Part shown: positions 46,112 through 56,209 of the stretch, piece after piece
Position numbering within the stretch: the stretch's first letter is position 1
Layout: every line of letters starts with the position of its first letter
Origin: Thermoproteota archaeon
GTDB lineage: Archaea; Korarchaeota; Korarchaeia; B14-G2
Direction of reading: 5' to 3'
Length of the DNA stretch: 64,000 nucleotides
Assembly (NCBI GenBank): GCA_037917675.1
Contig: JAVCBW010000005.1
Coordinates: 32,001 to 96,000 of the forward strand
The notes under the pieces: generated by a model
The model's input: only the letters and a program-made list of their open reading frames with translations
Databases searched by the model: none
What the model was told of the DNA's origin: nothing
Position numbers and translations under genes: made by a program

Positions 46112-47188
46112 ATGCTTGAAGGAGTAACTGTATGGATAGATATCACAACACCAAAGGACGTTAGGCTATTCAGGACCTTAGGGGAGGAGCTGACTAAGCT
46201 TGGAGCTATAGTCGAATATACTGCTAGAAGACACGGTGAGGTCATTAAGCTGATGAAGAAGTTTAAGATGAGCTATCATGTTGTAGGGAAGTATGGGGGA
46301 TGGAGGAAGCTAGATAAGCTCCTGTCTTCAAGCAAGAGGATAGAGAAGCTGGCAGCCCTCATGGGCAGGAGGAAACCTAGTGTCCATGTCTCCTTCTCCT
46401 CCCCAGAAGGCTGTAGAGTAGCCTTTGGCCTAGGAATACCGATAATATGCATCAATGACACACCTCATGCATACCACGTCGGTAAGCTCACGCTGCCGCT
46501 AGCAGACTACGTGGTGGCTCCAGCAGCAGTGCCAGTAGAGAAGCTTGAGGCTCTTGGAGCTAAGAGGAGCAGAATAGTGCAGTATGATGGAGTAGATGAA
46601 GTCGCATGGATGAGGCATGAGAAGCCTAATCCAGATGAGCTGCTTAAGCTAGGGATAGACCCTGATAGAAAGCTGGTTTTGGTGAGGCCAGAAGAAAGCT
46701 ATGCTGCATACCTTGAGAACATAGTGGATAGAGAGAAGATACATGTGGAGCCTGTTATAGAGGTTGCTATAAGCCGAGAGGACTGTGAGGTAGTTTTCCT
46801 TCCAAGATATGATGAGCAAGCTAGGTTGGTTAGGAGACGCTATAGGGGGAAAGTGAAGACTCCTCGGAGCTTAGTTGACACAGCAAGCATCTACAGCTTT
46901 TGCGCTCTAGTGGTGAGTGGGGGAGGAACCATGGCTAGAGAAGCAGCTCTGGTGGGAATACCTTCGATATGCTGTTTTCCAGGAGGAGAACTTGATGTCA
47001 ATAGGTTCCTTGTTGAAAGAGGATTTCCAATATGGCATGCCTCAAGCTACTATCAGGCTGCTGGGATAGCTGAGAAGATCTTAGACGCACCTTCACGCTT
47101 CAGAGTAAACACCGAAGGAGCTTTAGCTGAGCTTGAGGACCCTATCCCAGTGCTAGTCAAGCTTATTGAAAAAGTGTCTTCTAGCTAG
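46112..47188 (+). CDS. DUF354-family GT-B-fold protein
   Basis: VWIDITTPK, S.EG.RVAFGLGIP, NDTPHA, GVDE, RPEE..AAY, GGTMAREAA. Confidence 0.82.
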   Translation: MLEGVTVWIDITTPKDVRLFRTLGEELTKLGAIVEYTARRHGEVIKLMKKFKMSYHVVGKYGGWRKLDKLLSSSKRIEKLAALMGRRKPSVHVSFSSPEGCRVAFGLGIPIICINDTPHAYHVGKLTLPLADYVVAPAAVPVEKLEALGAKRSRIVQYDGVDEVAWMRHEKPNPDELLKLGIDPDRKLVLVRPEESYAAYLENIVDREKIHVEPVIEVAISREDCEVVFLPRYDEQARLVRRRYRGKVKTPRSLVDTASIYSFCALVVSGGGTMAREAALVGIPSICCFPGGELDVNRFLVERGFPIWHASSYYQAAGIAEKILDAPSRFRVNTEGALAELEDPIPVLVKLIEKVSSS

Positions 47189-48133
47189 ATCACTCCACCT
47201 TTCACGCTTCCAGACATTGGTCCTCTCTGAAACCTTTCCAAGTAGATAGCAGGCTAGAAGCGGCAGGGTGACTGTAGCATCTCCTTCTACTGTGACAGCC
47301 TTAGCACTAGGCTTTATCTTACCCCAGCTGACAGCTTCACGAGGATAGGCTCCTGACAGGCTTCCATCCCACTCTACAGCAGTAGTCATGTAGATAGCGT
47401 AGTCTAAGCCTCCCTTGAACTGGTTCCACCATATGAGATGGTGCTTTGATATACCTCCTCCAATCACAAGGCCACCGCTCCTCTCCAGCTCAAAGGCTAT
47501 CGAGAATAAGAACCTCATGTCTGCTATCAGGTCAAGCTTCACTCCTCCTGTGACTGCAAGCGCTGTACCGAATGCTGAATCAAGGATGCCAGGGCTAAAC
47601 ACGGGAACCTTAGCATCTGAGGCAGCCTTGAGGATGGAGTTTTGGTCTTCTATCAGGCTTCCAGCCTCTAGCAAGAGCTTTGAAGCTGAGACCTCGCCTT
47701 TGACCCTATCAGCGAGCTTCCTGACGAAATTCTCGATAGGGATACCATAGCTCTCCTGTGGTATGAAGACGTTACCAAGCCTGTATATGCCAGCTTCCCG
47801 GAGCTGTGAGTCATCTGCCTCAAAGAACCCACAGTAGTACTTGTGCTCTGCTCTAGCTATGTCATGGTCTATAGCTCCTCCAGTTGTTATGACAGCATCA
47901 ATGAAGCCTCTTCTTATGAGCTGAGATATGACTCCACGAATACCTGTTGCAACCAGGTTTCCAGTGAAGGACATGAATATGAAGCATCTGGGATCAGATG
48001 CCATCTCAACAGCTATCTCAGCTGCCTGAGCTAGCTTCCTAGAGGTGAAGCCACCAGCCTTGCTCCAGTAGCCTATGAGGTCTATAACCCTCAGCGATGA
48101 GCTGACCTCATAATCCCTGACTTCAGGTAGCAT
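47153..48133 (-). CDS. dys: Deoxyhypusine synthase
   Basis: FTGNLVATG, RLGNV, GGGISKHH, DGSLSGA...EAVSWGK. Confidence 0.95.
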   Translation of the reverse strand: MLPEVRDYEVSSSLRVIDLIGYWSKAGGFTSRKLAQAAEIAVEMASDPRCFIFMSFTGNLVATGIRGVISQLIRRGFIDAVITTGGAIDHDIARAEHKYYCGFFEADDSQLREAGIYRLGNVFIPQESYGIPIENFVRKLADRVKGEVSASKLLLEAGSLIEDQNSILKAASDAKVPVFSPGILDSAFGTALAVTGGVKLDLIADMRFLFSIAFELERSGGLVIGGGISKHHLIWWNQFKGGLDYAIYMTTAVEWDGSLSGAYPREAVSWGKIKPSAKAVTVEGDATVTLPLLACYLLGKVSERTNVWKRERWSDLARRHFFNKLD

Positions 48134-48394
48134 GAGCGGATACAGGAATCATAGCATTTGAAGCTTATGTCAGCTATGCTATAAGCGGCCTATGAGAGCA
48201 GGCTATTGAAATGTGAAAGATGTAATTCTTAGATAGAGACGTTGTAGCTGTATTAAACCTTCAGATGGGACTCTGGATTACCCTAAAGCCCTATTAGAGC
48301 ATTTAAGCTCGATTATAGGGAAGTAGTTGGTAGAACAAGGCTCACATACGTCTATAAAAGTCTACCAACCGTGAACCCCTTAGAGGATGGTGGC

Positions 48395-49117
48395 ATGGTG
48401 TTCATACACTATATCGCTAGAGCAGCCCTAGGTGATGTAGACTGGTGGGTGCATAGGAGGTTCATAAAGTATGGGAGAGGAACATTTCCTGGACCTGCTT
48501 TCGAGGCTACCGTACGCGGGAAGAATGCTACCCTGAGATCTAGCTTTGAGCTCGAAGACCTGGTAGGCTGGGCTACCTTTAAGGCTGCAGCTGAAGCTAA
48601 GGTCTCTGTTAAGGGGCTTATATACGGCTATAGGGACTTCAGCGACGTGCTAGCTGAGATGGGATTTAGGGGGAGTGTAAGGAAGTCTGAGAGGGGGATG
48701 TTTAAGGCTGAGCTAGAGCTAGATGAGGTAGATGCCTGGAAGCTGGTAGAGCTATATGAGAAGACAAGCCCTCAGTGCATCATACTGCTTAGTGCGAAGC
48801 CTATTAGCTCAGCAGTCCCAAAGCTTACAGTAAAGAAGAAGATACCTAGACCACTGGTCGACGAGCTTAAGGTCGACTTTGCTGTCGGAAGAACTAGAGC
48901 AGAAGGCATCCACACACTGGTCTCAGAGGCCTTGATCCCAGACCTAGAGCCCAAGGCTTTCAGAAAGATGAGCTGCAAATACACACTAAGAGTCATGAAG
49001 ATACTGCCGCCTGAGCAAGGTGATATAAGGCTAGACTCGAAGAGAGAAGTAGAGATAGTCCGAGAGATTGAAGTGGATGGCGTGAAAAGGGTCGACAGCT
49101 TCAGCTGTATAGTATAA
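48395..49117 (+). CDS. Conserved-looking archaeal hypothetical protein
   Basis: Long ORF with host-like codon usage; VHRRFIKYGRGTF.GP N-terminal motif; ATG 48395 after GGTGG. Confidence 0.6.
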   Translation: MVFIHYIARAALGDVDWWVHRRFIKYGRGTFPGPAFEATVRGKNATLRSSFELEDLVGWATFKAAAEAKVSVKGLIYGYRDFSDVLAEMGFRGSVRKSERGMFKAELELDEVDAWKLVELYEKTSPQCIILLSAKPISSAVPKLTVKKKIPRPLVDELKVDFAVGRTRAEGIHTLVSEALIPDLEPKAFRKMSCKYTLRVMKILPPEQGDIRLDSKREVEIVREIEVDGVKRVDSFSCIV

Positions 49118-49150
49118 GGAACTTTAAGGTTCAGGTGGAGCTGGGGGTCG

Positions 49151-49759
49151 GTGCTAAGCTTGGAGGTAGAAGTCAAGACGCCTATAAGTGAGGGTGAGAT
49201 ACGGAAGCTGAAGGTCGGAGACACGCTATACGTAACTGGGACAGTGGTTACTGCAAGAGATCAAGCTCACAGAAGAGCTCTGGAGTATGTTAGGGTGGGG
49301 AAGAGGCTTCCAGTAGACTTCAGAGGGATAGCTGTCTACCACTGTGGGCCTATAGTCAGGCGGGTAGGTGAAGCATGGGAGGTAGTCTCAGCTGGCCCAA
49401 CTACGTCGAAGAGAATGGAGATGTTTGAGTACGACTTCATAGAGAAGCTTGGAGTGAGAGTTGTGATAGGGAAAGGGGGGATGGGAGATAGAACTGCAGA
49501 GGCCTGCAGGAAGTTCGGTGCAGTCTATGCAGCATTCACAGGAGGAGCAGGCGTACTGGCTGCTAAGGCCATAAAAAGAGTTGTAGGGGTCTACTGGGAC
49601 GACTTAGGCATGCCTGAGGCTCTATGGGTATTTGAAGTAGAGAAATTCGGCCCCCTCACTGTAGCTATAGACTCAGGTGGACGTAACATGTTCAAGGAGG
49701 CTCAGAAGAGGACAGCTGAGAAGCGAGAGAAAGCGCTGAAAGCTCTTGAGGTGATTTAA
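49151..49759 (+). CDS. Class I fumarate/tartrate hydratase beta subunit
   Basis: TARDQAH, YHCGP, AGPTTSKRM, IGKGGM, GMPEA. Confidence 0.92.
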   Translation: MLSLEVEVKTPISEGEIRKLKVGDTLYVTGTVVTARDQAHRRALEYVRVGKRLPVDFRGIAVYHCGPIVRRVGEAWEVVSAGPTTSKRMEMFEYDFIEKLGVRVVIGKGGMGDRTAEACRKFGAVYAAFTGGAGVLAAKAIKRVVGVYWDDLGMPEALWVFEVEKFGPLTVAIDSGGRNMFKEAQKRTAEKREKALKALEVI

Positions 49760-50635
49760 GTGGACCTCGAGGGTATAGTGAAGAGTACAGCCAAGACCTT
49801 GCTTAAGCTATCAGCTACAGTACTGCCACCTAGTGTTGAGAGAGCTCTGAGAGAGGCATATGAAAAGACCCCGGAGGGACCTGGTAAAGTGCAGCTTAGA
49901 GCTATAATAGAGAACATAGAGGCTGCTAAGAGGCTTGAGAAGCCTATATGCCAGGATACAGGGATAGTATCATTCTACCTGAGAGTTGGAGACGAGTTCC
50001 CAATCAAAAGCAGTCTAAAGCGGATCTTGACAGAGGCTACTGCAGAGGCTACAAGAGAAGTACCTCTCAGACCTAATGCTGTCGAGATACTAGGGGCAAA
50101 TACAGGAGATAACACAGGGACAAATATACCTTGGATCATTACAGAGCTAGTTGAGGGAGACTACATCGAGATAACCGCCTTTCCAAAGGGAGGTGGTTCA
50201 ACAAACGTGTCCCAGGTGAAGATGCTGAGCCCAGGGCTGGGGATGAAAGGTATATTGACCTTCTACATTGATAGCCTAGTGAGCGCAGGAGCTGCTGGAT
50301 GCCCACCATACTTCGTTGGAGTAGGGGTGGGAGGAGGAGAGAACATCTGTGTTGAGCTAGCTAAAAAGGCTCTGCTTAGGCCTGTAGGTGTGAGGGCTAG
50401 AGGAGAGCTTGGGAAGCTGGAGGAGAAGATGATTGAGGCAGGAAACCTCCTGGAGATAGGTGTCATGGGGACAGGAGAAGGACCGACTGTCTTAAATGTC
50501 GCAGTTGAAACAGCCTGTAGGCATCCAGCTTCGCTTCCAGTAGCTATTGTATTTAGCTGCTGGGCACTGAGGTACTCTAAAGCTAGAGTAGCTAAAAGTG
50601 GGGAGGTAGAGTACCTGACTCATGAGGTGAGCTAG
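49760..50635 (+). CDS. Class I fumarate/tartrate hydratase alpha subunit
   Basis: ICQDTG, PLRPN, PKGGGS, GCPP, HPASLPV...SCWA. Confidence 0.92.
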   Translation: MDLEGIVKSTAKTLLKLSATVLPPSVERALREAYEKTPEGPGKVQLRAIIENIEAAKRLEKPICQDTGIVSFYLRVGDEFPIKSSLKRILTEATAEATREVPLRPNAVEILGANTGDNTGTNIPWIITELVEGDYIEITAFPKGGGSTNVSQVKMLSPGLGMKGILTFYIDSLVSAGAAGCPPYFVGVGVGGGENICVELAKKALLRPVGVRARGELGKLEEKMIEAGNLLEIGVMGTGEGPTVLNVAVETACRHPASLPVAIVFSCWALRYSKARVAKSGEVEYLTHEVS

Positions 50636-50637
50636 CG

Positions 50638-52494
50638 TTGGGAGCTAAGCTTAGGGAGATAATAGCATCAGGAGAAGCAGGTAGGAGAGTTCTGCTTCTA
50701 GGTAACGAGGCCATTGCTAGGGGGGCTATTGAAGCAGGCGTCTCTGTAGCAGCATCCTACCCAGGGACTCCAAGCAGTGAAATAGGCCTTACACTAGCTC
50801 AGGTTGCTGATCAAGTCGGGATGCACTTTGAGTGGTCTGTAAACGAGAAGGTCGCTCTTGAAACAGCTGCTGCAGCAGCTATGTCAGGGCTCAGAGCACT
50901 AGCATTCATGAAGCATGTTGGCGTCAATGTTGCAGCAGACGCGTTCGTGAGCTTAGCTTATACAGGATGCCCAGGAGGCTTCCTGCTAGTTACAGCAGAT
51001 GACCCCAGCTGCCACAGCAGCCAAAATGAGCAAGACAACAGGTACTATGCTAGGCTGGCGCTAACTCCAGTGTTGGAGCCTTCAACACCACATGAAGCAA
51101 AGGAGATGACAGTTAAGGCATATAACATGTCTGAGGAGCATGAGATGCCATTTGTCCTAAGGACTACAACGAGAGTAAGCCACACACGGGGTATAGTGGA
51201 GCTTGGAGCCATAAGAGACAGGCCTAGGACAGGGGAGTATAGGAAGGATTGGAGGAGATATGTGCTGATACCAGCAAACACCAGGGTTAGAAGAGCTGTT
51301 CTCCTGGAGAAAGAGAGAGATCTCAGGGAGGAAGCTGAGAAAAGCGAGTTCAACACTGTTGAGGAGGGGGAGGGGGAGATAGGGGTGATAACATCAGGAG
51401 TAAGCTACTGCTATGTTAAGGAGGCTGCCAGAAGGCTAGGTATAAATCCTCCAATCCTAAAGTTAGGGTTCACATACCCTACACCCTACTCCCTCATAGA
51501 AAGCTTCTCAAAAGACCTTAGAGGAATACTGGTTGTAGAGGAGCTTGAGCCTATCCTAGAGACTGAAGTCAGGTGCACATTACAGAGGAGCAAGCTTCAG
51601 GTAGAGGTCTTCGGGAAGGCGACTGGCCACATACCGAGAGCCTATGAGCTGAACACGAGCATAGTAGCTAGAGCTCTCGCAAAGCTGCTAGGAATCAAGC
51701 TGGCTACTGAGGAGATACCTGACGCAGCTATCAAGGCTCCACCTAGACCTCCAGTCCTGTGTCCAGGATGCCCTCATAGGGGAGTAGCATATATACTCAA
51801 GCAAGTCATCGGCGATAAAGCAGTATATAGTGGTGATATCGGCTGCTATAGCCTTGTTGCAATCCCACCACACAACCTGATGGATAATATACACTGCATG
51901 GGAGCAAGCATAGGGCTGGCAAACGGCTTCAGTACAGCACAGAGGAAGCCTGTAGTAGCATTAATAGGCGACTCTACCTTCTACCACGCAGGTATACCGC
52001 CACTCATCAATGCAGTATATAACAGGCACCCTATGCTGGTAGTAGTCATGGATAACAGGATAACTGCTATGACAGGGTTTCAGCCTCATCCAGGGACAGG
52101 CGTCACAGCTGTAGGATCAGAGACTAGAGAGGTTTCTATAGAGAGCATTGCAAGGGCATGTGGAGTAGACTACGTAAGCACATTTGACCCATATGACATC
52201 GAAAGAGGGATAGCTGAGGTGAAAGAGGCCCTAAAGCACAGCATATCTGTTCTAGTTGCCAGAAGACTGTGCGCAATACTGGAGTGGAGAGAGAGAAGGA
52301 AGAGAGGAGAGAAGCCTAGAGCATACAATGTAGACGAAGAGAAGTGCATAGGATGCTTGAAGTGCATAAGAGACACAGGGTGCCCAGCACTGATAACGCT
52401 AGGGGAGAAGGTGCAGATAGAGAAGGATCTATGTGTTGGCTGTGGGCTCTGCTCCAGGACATGCCCAACTAAAGCTATAGAGGTGGGAAGCTGA
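50638..52494 (+). CDS. iorA: Indolepyruvate:ferredoxin oxidoreductase alpha subunit
   Basis: LLGNEAIARG, YPGTPSSE, MKHVG, SSQNEQD, LCPGCPH, GDIGC, GDST, C-terminal 2x4Fe-4S. Confidence 0.95.
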   Translation: MGAKLREIIASGEAGRRVLLLGNEAIARGAIEAGVSVAASYPGTPSSEIGLTLAQVADQVGMHFEWSVNEKVALETAAAAAMSGLRALAFMKHVGVNVAADAFVSLAYTGCPGGFLLVTADDPSCHSSQNEQDNRYYARLALTPVLEPSTPHEAKEMTVKAYNMSEEHEMPFVLRTTTRVSHTRGIVELGAIRDRPRTGEYRKDWRRYVLIPANTRVRRAVLLEKERDLREEAEKSEFNTVEEGEGEIGVITSGVSYCYVKEAARRLGINPPILKLGFTYPTPYSLIESFSKDLRGILVVEELEPILETEVRCTLQRSKLQVEVFGKATGHIPRAYELNTSIVARALAKLLGIKLATEEIPDAAIKAPPRPPVLCPGCPHRGVAYILKQVIGDKAVYSGDIGCYSLVAIPPHNLMDNIHCMGASIGLANGFSTAQRKPVVALIGDSTFYHAGIPPLINAVYNRHPMLVVVMDNRITAMTGFQPHPGTGVTAVGSETREVSIESIARACGVDYVSTFDPYDIERGIAEVKEALKHSISVLVARRLCAILEWRERRKRGEKPRAYNVDEEKCIGCLKCIRDTGCPALITLGEKVQIEKDLCVGCGLCSRTCPTKAIEVGS

Positions 52495-53087
52495 AGCCAT
52501 ACAGCATAGTTGTATGTGGGGTAGGAGGGCAAGGCGTTCTTTTGCTTGCCAGAACGCTTGCGGAAGCAGCGTTTGCAGGTGGACTTGACGTGATCCAATC
52601 TGAGATACATGGGTTAGCACAGAGAGGAGGAGCAGTAGTAGCTCATGTTAGATTTGGCAGCAGAGTGTACAGCCCTCTTGTAGATCCATATGGAGCCGAT
52701 CTAATGATAGCTCTTGAGGCACTAGAAGCTCTCAGGAACAGAGGGTATGCAGGAAAGGAGACTAAAGTCATATGTAACAAGGTGGTGCTCCCTCCACCAT
52801 CTGCAGCAGCTGCAAGAGCTGATGTGCCAAGCTTAGAGGAAATCAGGACAGCCTTCTCACACGTCAAGCTCTTCAGGTACATTGAAGCCAAGAAGCTAGC
52901 TGAAAGAGAAGGGCTCCCTCAAGGAGCTAACATAGTTATACTAGGCTTCAGCTTTGGCTTAGGGCTCATACCACTCGATGAGGAAAGCATAGTAAAGGGG
53001 ATAAGAGCTGTTGTATCAGAGAGATACCTTGAGAAAAACCTGAAGCTGTTCGATGTGGGCAGGAAAGCTGCTAAGGAAGGCGAGTAA
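52491..53087 (+). CDS. iorB: Indolepyruvate:ferredoxin oxidoreductase beta subunit
   Basis: SEIHGLAQRGG and E.LEALR. The conserved GVGGQG lies upstream of the ORF-track start, so CTG 52491 is proposed as start. Confidence 0.9.
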   Translation: MKPYSIVVCGVGGQGVLLLARTLAEAAFAGGLDVIQSEIHGLAQRGGAVVAHVRFGSRVYSPLVDPYGADLMIALEALEALRNRGYAGKETKVICNKVVLPPPSAAAARADVPSLEEIRTAFSHVKLFRYIEAKKLAEREGLPQGANIVILGFSFGLGLIPLDEESIVKGIRAVVSERYLEKNLKLFDVGRKAAKEGE

Positions 53088-53287
53088 ACATGTGTCACCC
53101 TGAGAATGCAAGAAAGCTGTAGGTGTATAGATCTCCATGTACTTCGTTGCAAAAACGTTTTGAAACAGAGTATGGTGAGTGAAACCGCTGCCTTTACAGT
53201 AGATAAGCCCCTAATCGACGATATCAAGTTCGTCGGAATGTTGAATAGCTTTAAAAAAACTGTAGGGCAAAGAGACATGTGGTAGAA

Positions 53288-53485
53288 ATGGGGGAGAAGG
53301 TAGCTGAGGAGAGGGCTTCTCTTGTACCGCTTACATCTATGATAAGCGATGCTGTAGAGAACCTTAATGAAGCAAACTTTGAATTAGAGGATGTGATTGT
53401 GATATTTACTACGAGAAGCATTTTGAGGAGAATACCGGAGCTAGATCACAGTCTAGTGCTTGAGTTCGGTTATATACCCCAGTAG
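53288..53485 (+). CDS. Small hypothetical protein (65 aa)
   Basis: ATG after GTGG with TTTAAAAA about 30 nt upstream; ends 17 nt before the pfkB gene; no motif. Confidence 0.4.
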   Translation: MGEKVAEERASLVPLTSMISDAVENLNEANFELEDVIVIFTTRSILRRIPELDHSLVLEFGYIPQ

Positions 53486-53502
53486 CCCCTATCTCAACTA
53501 GT

Positions 53503-54408
53503 ATGAGCGAAGAGGTATTTGACTTCCTGTGCATCGGGAGCATAACAATAGACTTGAACACGTTTGCTGGGAGAAGCATCAGAGCCACAGGAGGCTCTGC
53601 CTACTATACCTCCCTAGTGTTAGCTAGGTTAGGATGTAAGGTAGCTGTCGTCTCTAAGGTAGGTAGGGGTCTGGAGCATGTCAGAGAAGAGCTCAGCAAG
53701 GCAGGAGTGTATGTAGCCAAGCTGGATCTGCTCGACTGTAAGCCTATATTCTTTGAGAACACATATGATGCCTCTGGAAGAAGAGTCCAGAGGGCAGTAT
53801 GTGAGCTGCCTCCAATTATGAGCGAAGACCTGCCTGATATAGAGGCTAGATGCATACATGTATGCCCAACTATCGGTGATGTAGATGTGAGTGTAGTAGA
53901 GTGGGCTTCTAAGAGGAGCTTCACCTCAGTTGACATCCAAGGCTTCCTAAGGACAATAAGTGAAGAAGGCCGTGTCAAGCTTGCTTACAGCGATGACGCT
54001 GATAGCTCAGTTAAGCTATCAAACTTCGTGAAAGCTGACTTAGATGAGGCTATATGCCTGACAGGAAAGGCGACAGCCGAGGAGGCAGCCTGCATGCTAG
54101 CTGGAGACAGCAGGATAGCTGCAGTTACCATGGGTATGGAGGGCTCAGTAGTCTGCTGGAAGGAGCCTATGAGGATCCCAGCCTATGAAGCGAAGCAGAC
54201 TACTGACCCAACTGGAGCAGGCGACGCCTATGCAGCAGGCTTCCTCTTCTCGCTTGTATGTAGGGGTGCTAGTATCGCTGAATCTGGACATGTGGCTTCA
54301 GCTATAGCCTCATTTGCTGTTGAAGAGCAGGGAGCTGGCTTCAAGTTCACTTGGAGAGACATCGAGCAGAAGATAAGAGGCTATAGCGTGGCCTTAAGAA
54401 CTCGGTAG
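53503..54408 (+). CDS. PfkB/ribokinase-family carbohydrate or nucleoside kinase
   Basis: GSITID, GGSA.Y, DIQG, VTMG.EG, DPTGAGDAY. Confidence 0.9.
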   Translation: MSEEVFDFLCIGSITIDLNTFAGRSIRATGGSAYYTSLVLARLGCKVAVVSKVGRGLEHVREELSKAGVYVAKLDLLDCKPIFFENTYDASGRRVQRAVCELPPIMSEDLPDIEARCIHVCPTIGDVDVSVVEWASKRSFTSVDIQGFLRTISEEGRVKLAYSDDADSSVKLSNFVKADLDEAICLTGKATAEEAACMLAGDSRIAAVTMGMEGSVVCWKEPMRIPAYEAKQTTDPTGAGDAYAAGFLFSLVCRGASIAESGHVASAIASFAVEEQGAGFKFTWRDIEQKIRGYSVALRTR

Positions 54409-54974
54409 CCTCCTCTCCTGGCAACTGTCTCGCAGCTCCCAAAGACAGCTCTTATCCTCTCCTCTAGGGTTGGAGCACCTTGCCTCGTCTTCGCAACCAT
54501 ATAGAGTGAGCCGCCATCATTTAGGTATGCAGGTGCATCATCTATCATTGGAAAGACTACATGCCATCCAGCTCTGATCGGTGGGTTCGAGACTATTATA
54601 TCGAATCTCTCACCTTTGACTGGCTCATAGAGGTTTCCAGCCCTCACCTCGACGTTGCTAAGCGAGTTCAACCTCACATTCTCTTTAGCAAGCTGCACAG
54701 CTCTCCTATTGATGTCTGTCATGACAACCCTTAGCTTCGGATAGAGCTTAGCTAGAGCTATTCCTATCGCACCATACCCGCATCCTATGTCAAGCAGGGT
54801 TTCAGCGCTAGATGCATCTACAGACTTTATCAGCAGAAGAGAGCCGACATCGACTTTTCTCTTCGAGAAAACACCAGGGCTAGTCACATACCTGACTAGG
54901 ATTCCTGATAGCTTAAGCTCTACTAGAAGCCTGGAGCTAGCAGCCTTAGGCTTCTTCGAGTAGTAGTATAGCAT
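54381..54974 (-). CDS. Small-domain (RsmC/MTS-like) SAM methyltransferase
   Basis: GVFS...VD.GS, LDIGCGYG, DIN.RA, SNPP. Confidence 0.87.
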   Translation of the reverse strand: MLYYYSKKPKAASSRLLVELKLSGILVRYVTSPGVFSKRKVDVGSLLLIKSVDASSAETLLDIGCGYGAIGIALAKLYPKLRVVMTDINRRAVQLAKENVRLNSLSNVEVRAGNLYEPVKGERFDIIVSNPPIRAGWHVVFPMIDDAPAYLNDGGSLYMVAKTRQGAPTLEERIRAVFGSCETVARRGGYRVLKATL

Positions 54975-54984
54975 CAAAATACCT

Positions 54985-56148
54985 CTAGGCTCTCCTCCCT
55001 TTAACCCTATAGGCAGCATAGAGTATAGTAGCTAGGGCAGCTACAGAAGCCATAGAAGCTAGTAGCCATTTAGCAGCTAGCCTTCCTGGAGCTATGCTGA
55101 CTCTCACTACCTGCTCCTTCACAGTAGGCTTAACTGCCCCTTCACTCATGTAAGTGAGCTTTACTACAAGCCTAGTGGTATCTGGACCTCTGATCACTCC
55201 CCTGAGAGCAATATTGCTTTCCTCACCTGGAGGCAGCTCACCGAGAGACTCACGAGCTATCACCTCACCTAACTCCAGGTTTACGAGCTCAACAGCTACA
55301 TCGATAGCAGGGTACTTCCCAGTGTTCAGTAAGGTTATGTTTACTGTAACCACGCTCTCGTTAGCAGCTGAGTCTGGTGCTGATATCTTGAAGTGTACGT
55401 TAGCTGGCCTAACTACGATCACTGAAGTAGAGTCTGTTTGGCACAGTAGCCTTCCAGCGACCTTATAGCATGTGATCATGGTGACTACATTTGGGCCAGA
55501 CTTAGCATCGTCTGGGATCATTATTGGGATTGTAAGCTTCCTATCCTCTAATGGAAGAAGCTGCGGTAGCGCTAGAGTCTCATTTACCTCAAGGGAGCTT
55601 GATATAACCCTTATAGTTATGTTGCTTAGTGTCATGTACCTGCCTGGATAGGAAAGCCTATTTGAGATCAAAGCCATGAGAGCTACTGGAGAGCTCGGCT
55701 CAGCTTCCACTGGAGCTGCCGACATCTTAGCTACTATCTTGAACCTATGAACCCGTATCTTGAGCTCTTCTGTAAAGGATATAGTTCTATATAGGCCTTC
55801 ACCCACCTCTATTATTCCATCAGCCATCAGAGGGATCTTGTAGGTGCCTGGAAGAATATCCATGCTGACATTGACAAGATACTTCTCTTTTATCTCCTCT
55901 ACATCCAGGAAGAATGTTCTGCCTTGTATAAGCTGCATACCCTCTGGCAGGTCTATTGTTATATTCAGCTTAGCTATCTTATGAGGGAGAGCTCTAGCAG
56001 TCACATTAAGGGATATTGTGAAGAATCCACCTTGCATTATTTCTTTAGGATATATGTCTACTTGGTAGAACTGGCATTCAGACTCCATAGATCTAGGTAG
56101 GGTAATGCATAGCAGTAGCAGTAGGAGAGCGTAGCTTCTAAGAGGCAT
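54985..56148 (-). CDS. Surface protein with Ig/CARDB-like domains and C-terminal TM (COG1361-like)
   Basis: Signal peptide; IDLPEG, IP.D...G and LLNTGKYPA..V...L.PGE repeats; many N-x-S/T sequons. Confidence 0.68.
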   Translation of the reverse strand: MPLRSYALLLLLLCITLPRSMESECQFYQVDIYPKEIMQGGFFTISLNVTARALPHKIAKLNITIDLPEGMQLIQGRTFFLDVEEIKEKYLVNVSMDILPGTYKIPLMADGIIEVGEGLYRTISFTEELKIRVHRFKIVAKMSAAPVEAEPSSPVALMALISNRLSYPGRYMTLSNITIRVISSSLEVNETLALPQLLPLEDRKLTIPIMIPDDAKSGPNVVTMITCYKVAGRLLCQTDSTSVIVVRPANVHFKISAPDSAANESVVTVNITLLNTGKYPAIDVAVELVNLELGEVIARESLGELPPGEESNIALRGVIRGPDTTRLVVKLTYMSEGAVKPTVKEQVVRVSIAPGRLAAKWLLASMASVAALATILYAAYRVKGRRA

Positions 56149-56170
56149 GGTCTTGAGGAGGAGAGCATAC

Positions 56171-56178
56171 TTTTTAAG
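56171..56178. promoter_or_regulatory. Shared TATA box of the divergent surface-protein and peptidase genes
   Basis: TTTTTAAG centred in the ~60-nt gap. Confidence 0.45.
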
Positions 56179-56209
56179 GGGCATAGCCTACACCACTTGC
56201 AAGTTGGAT

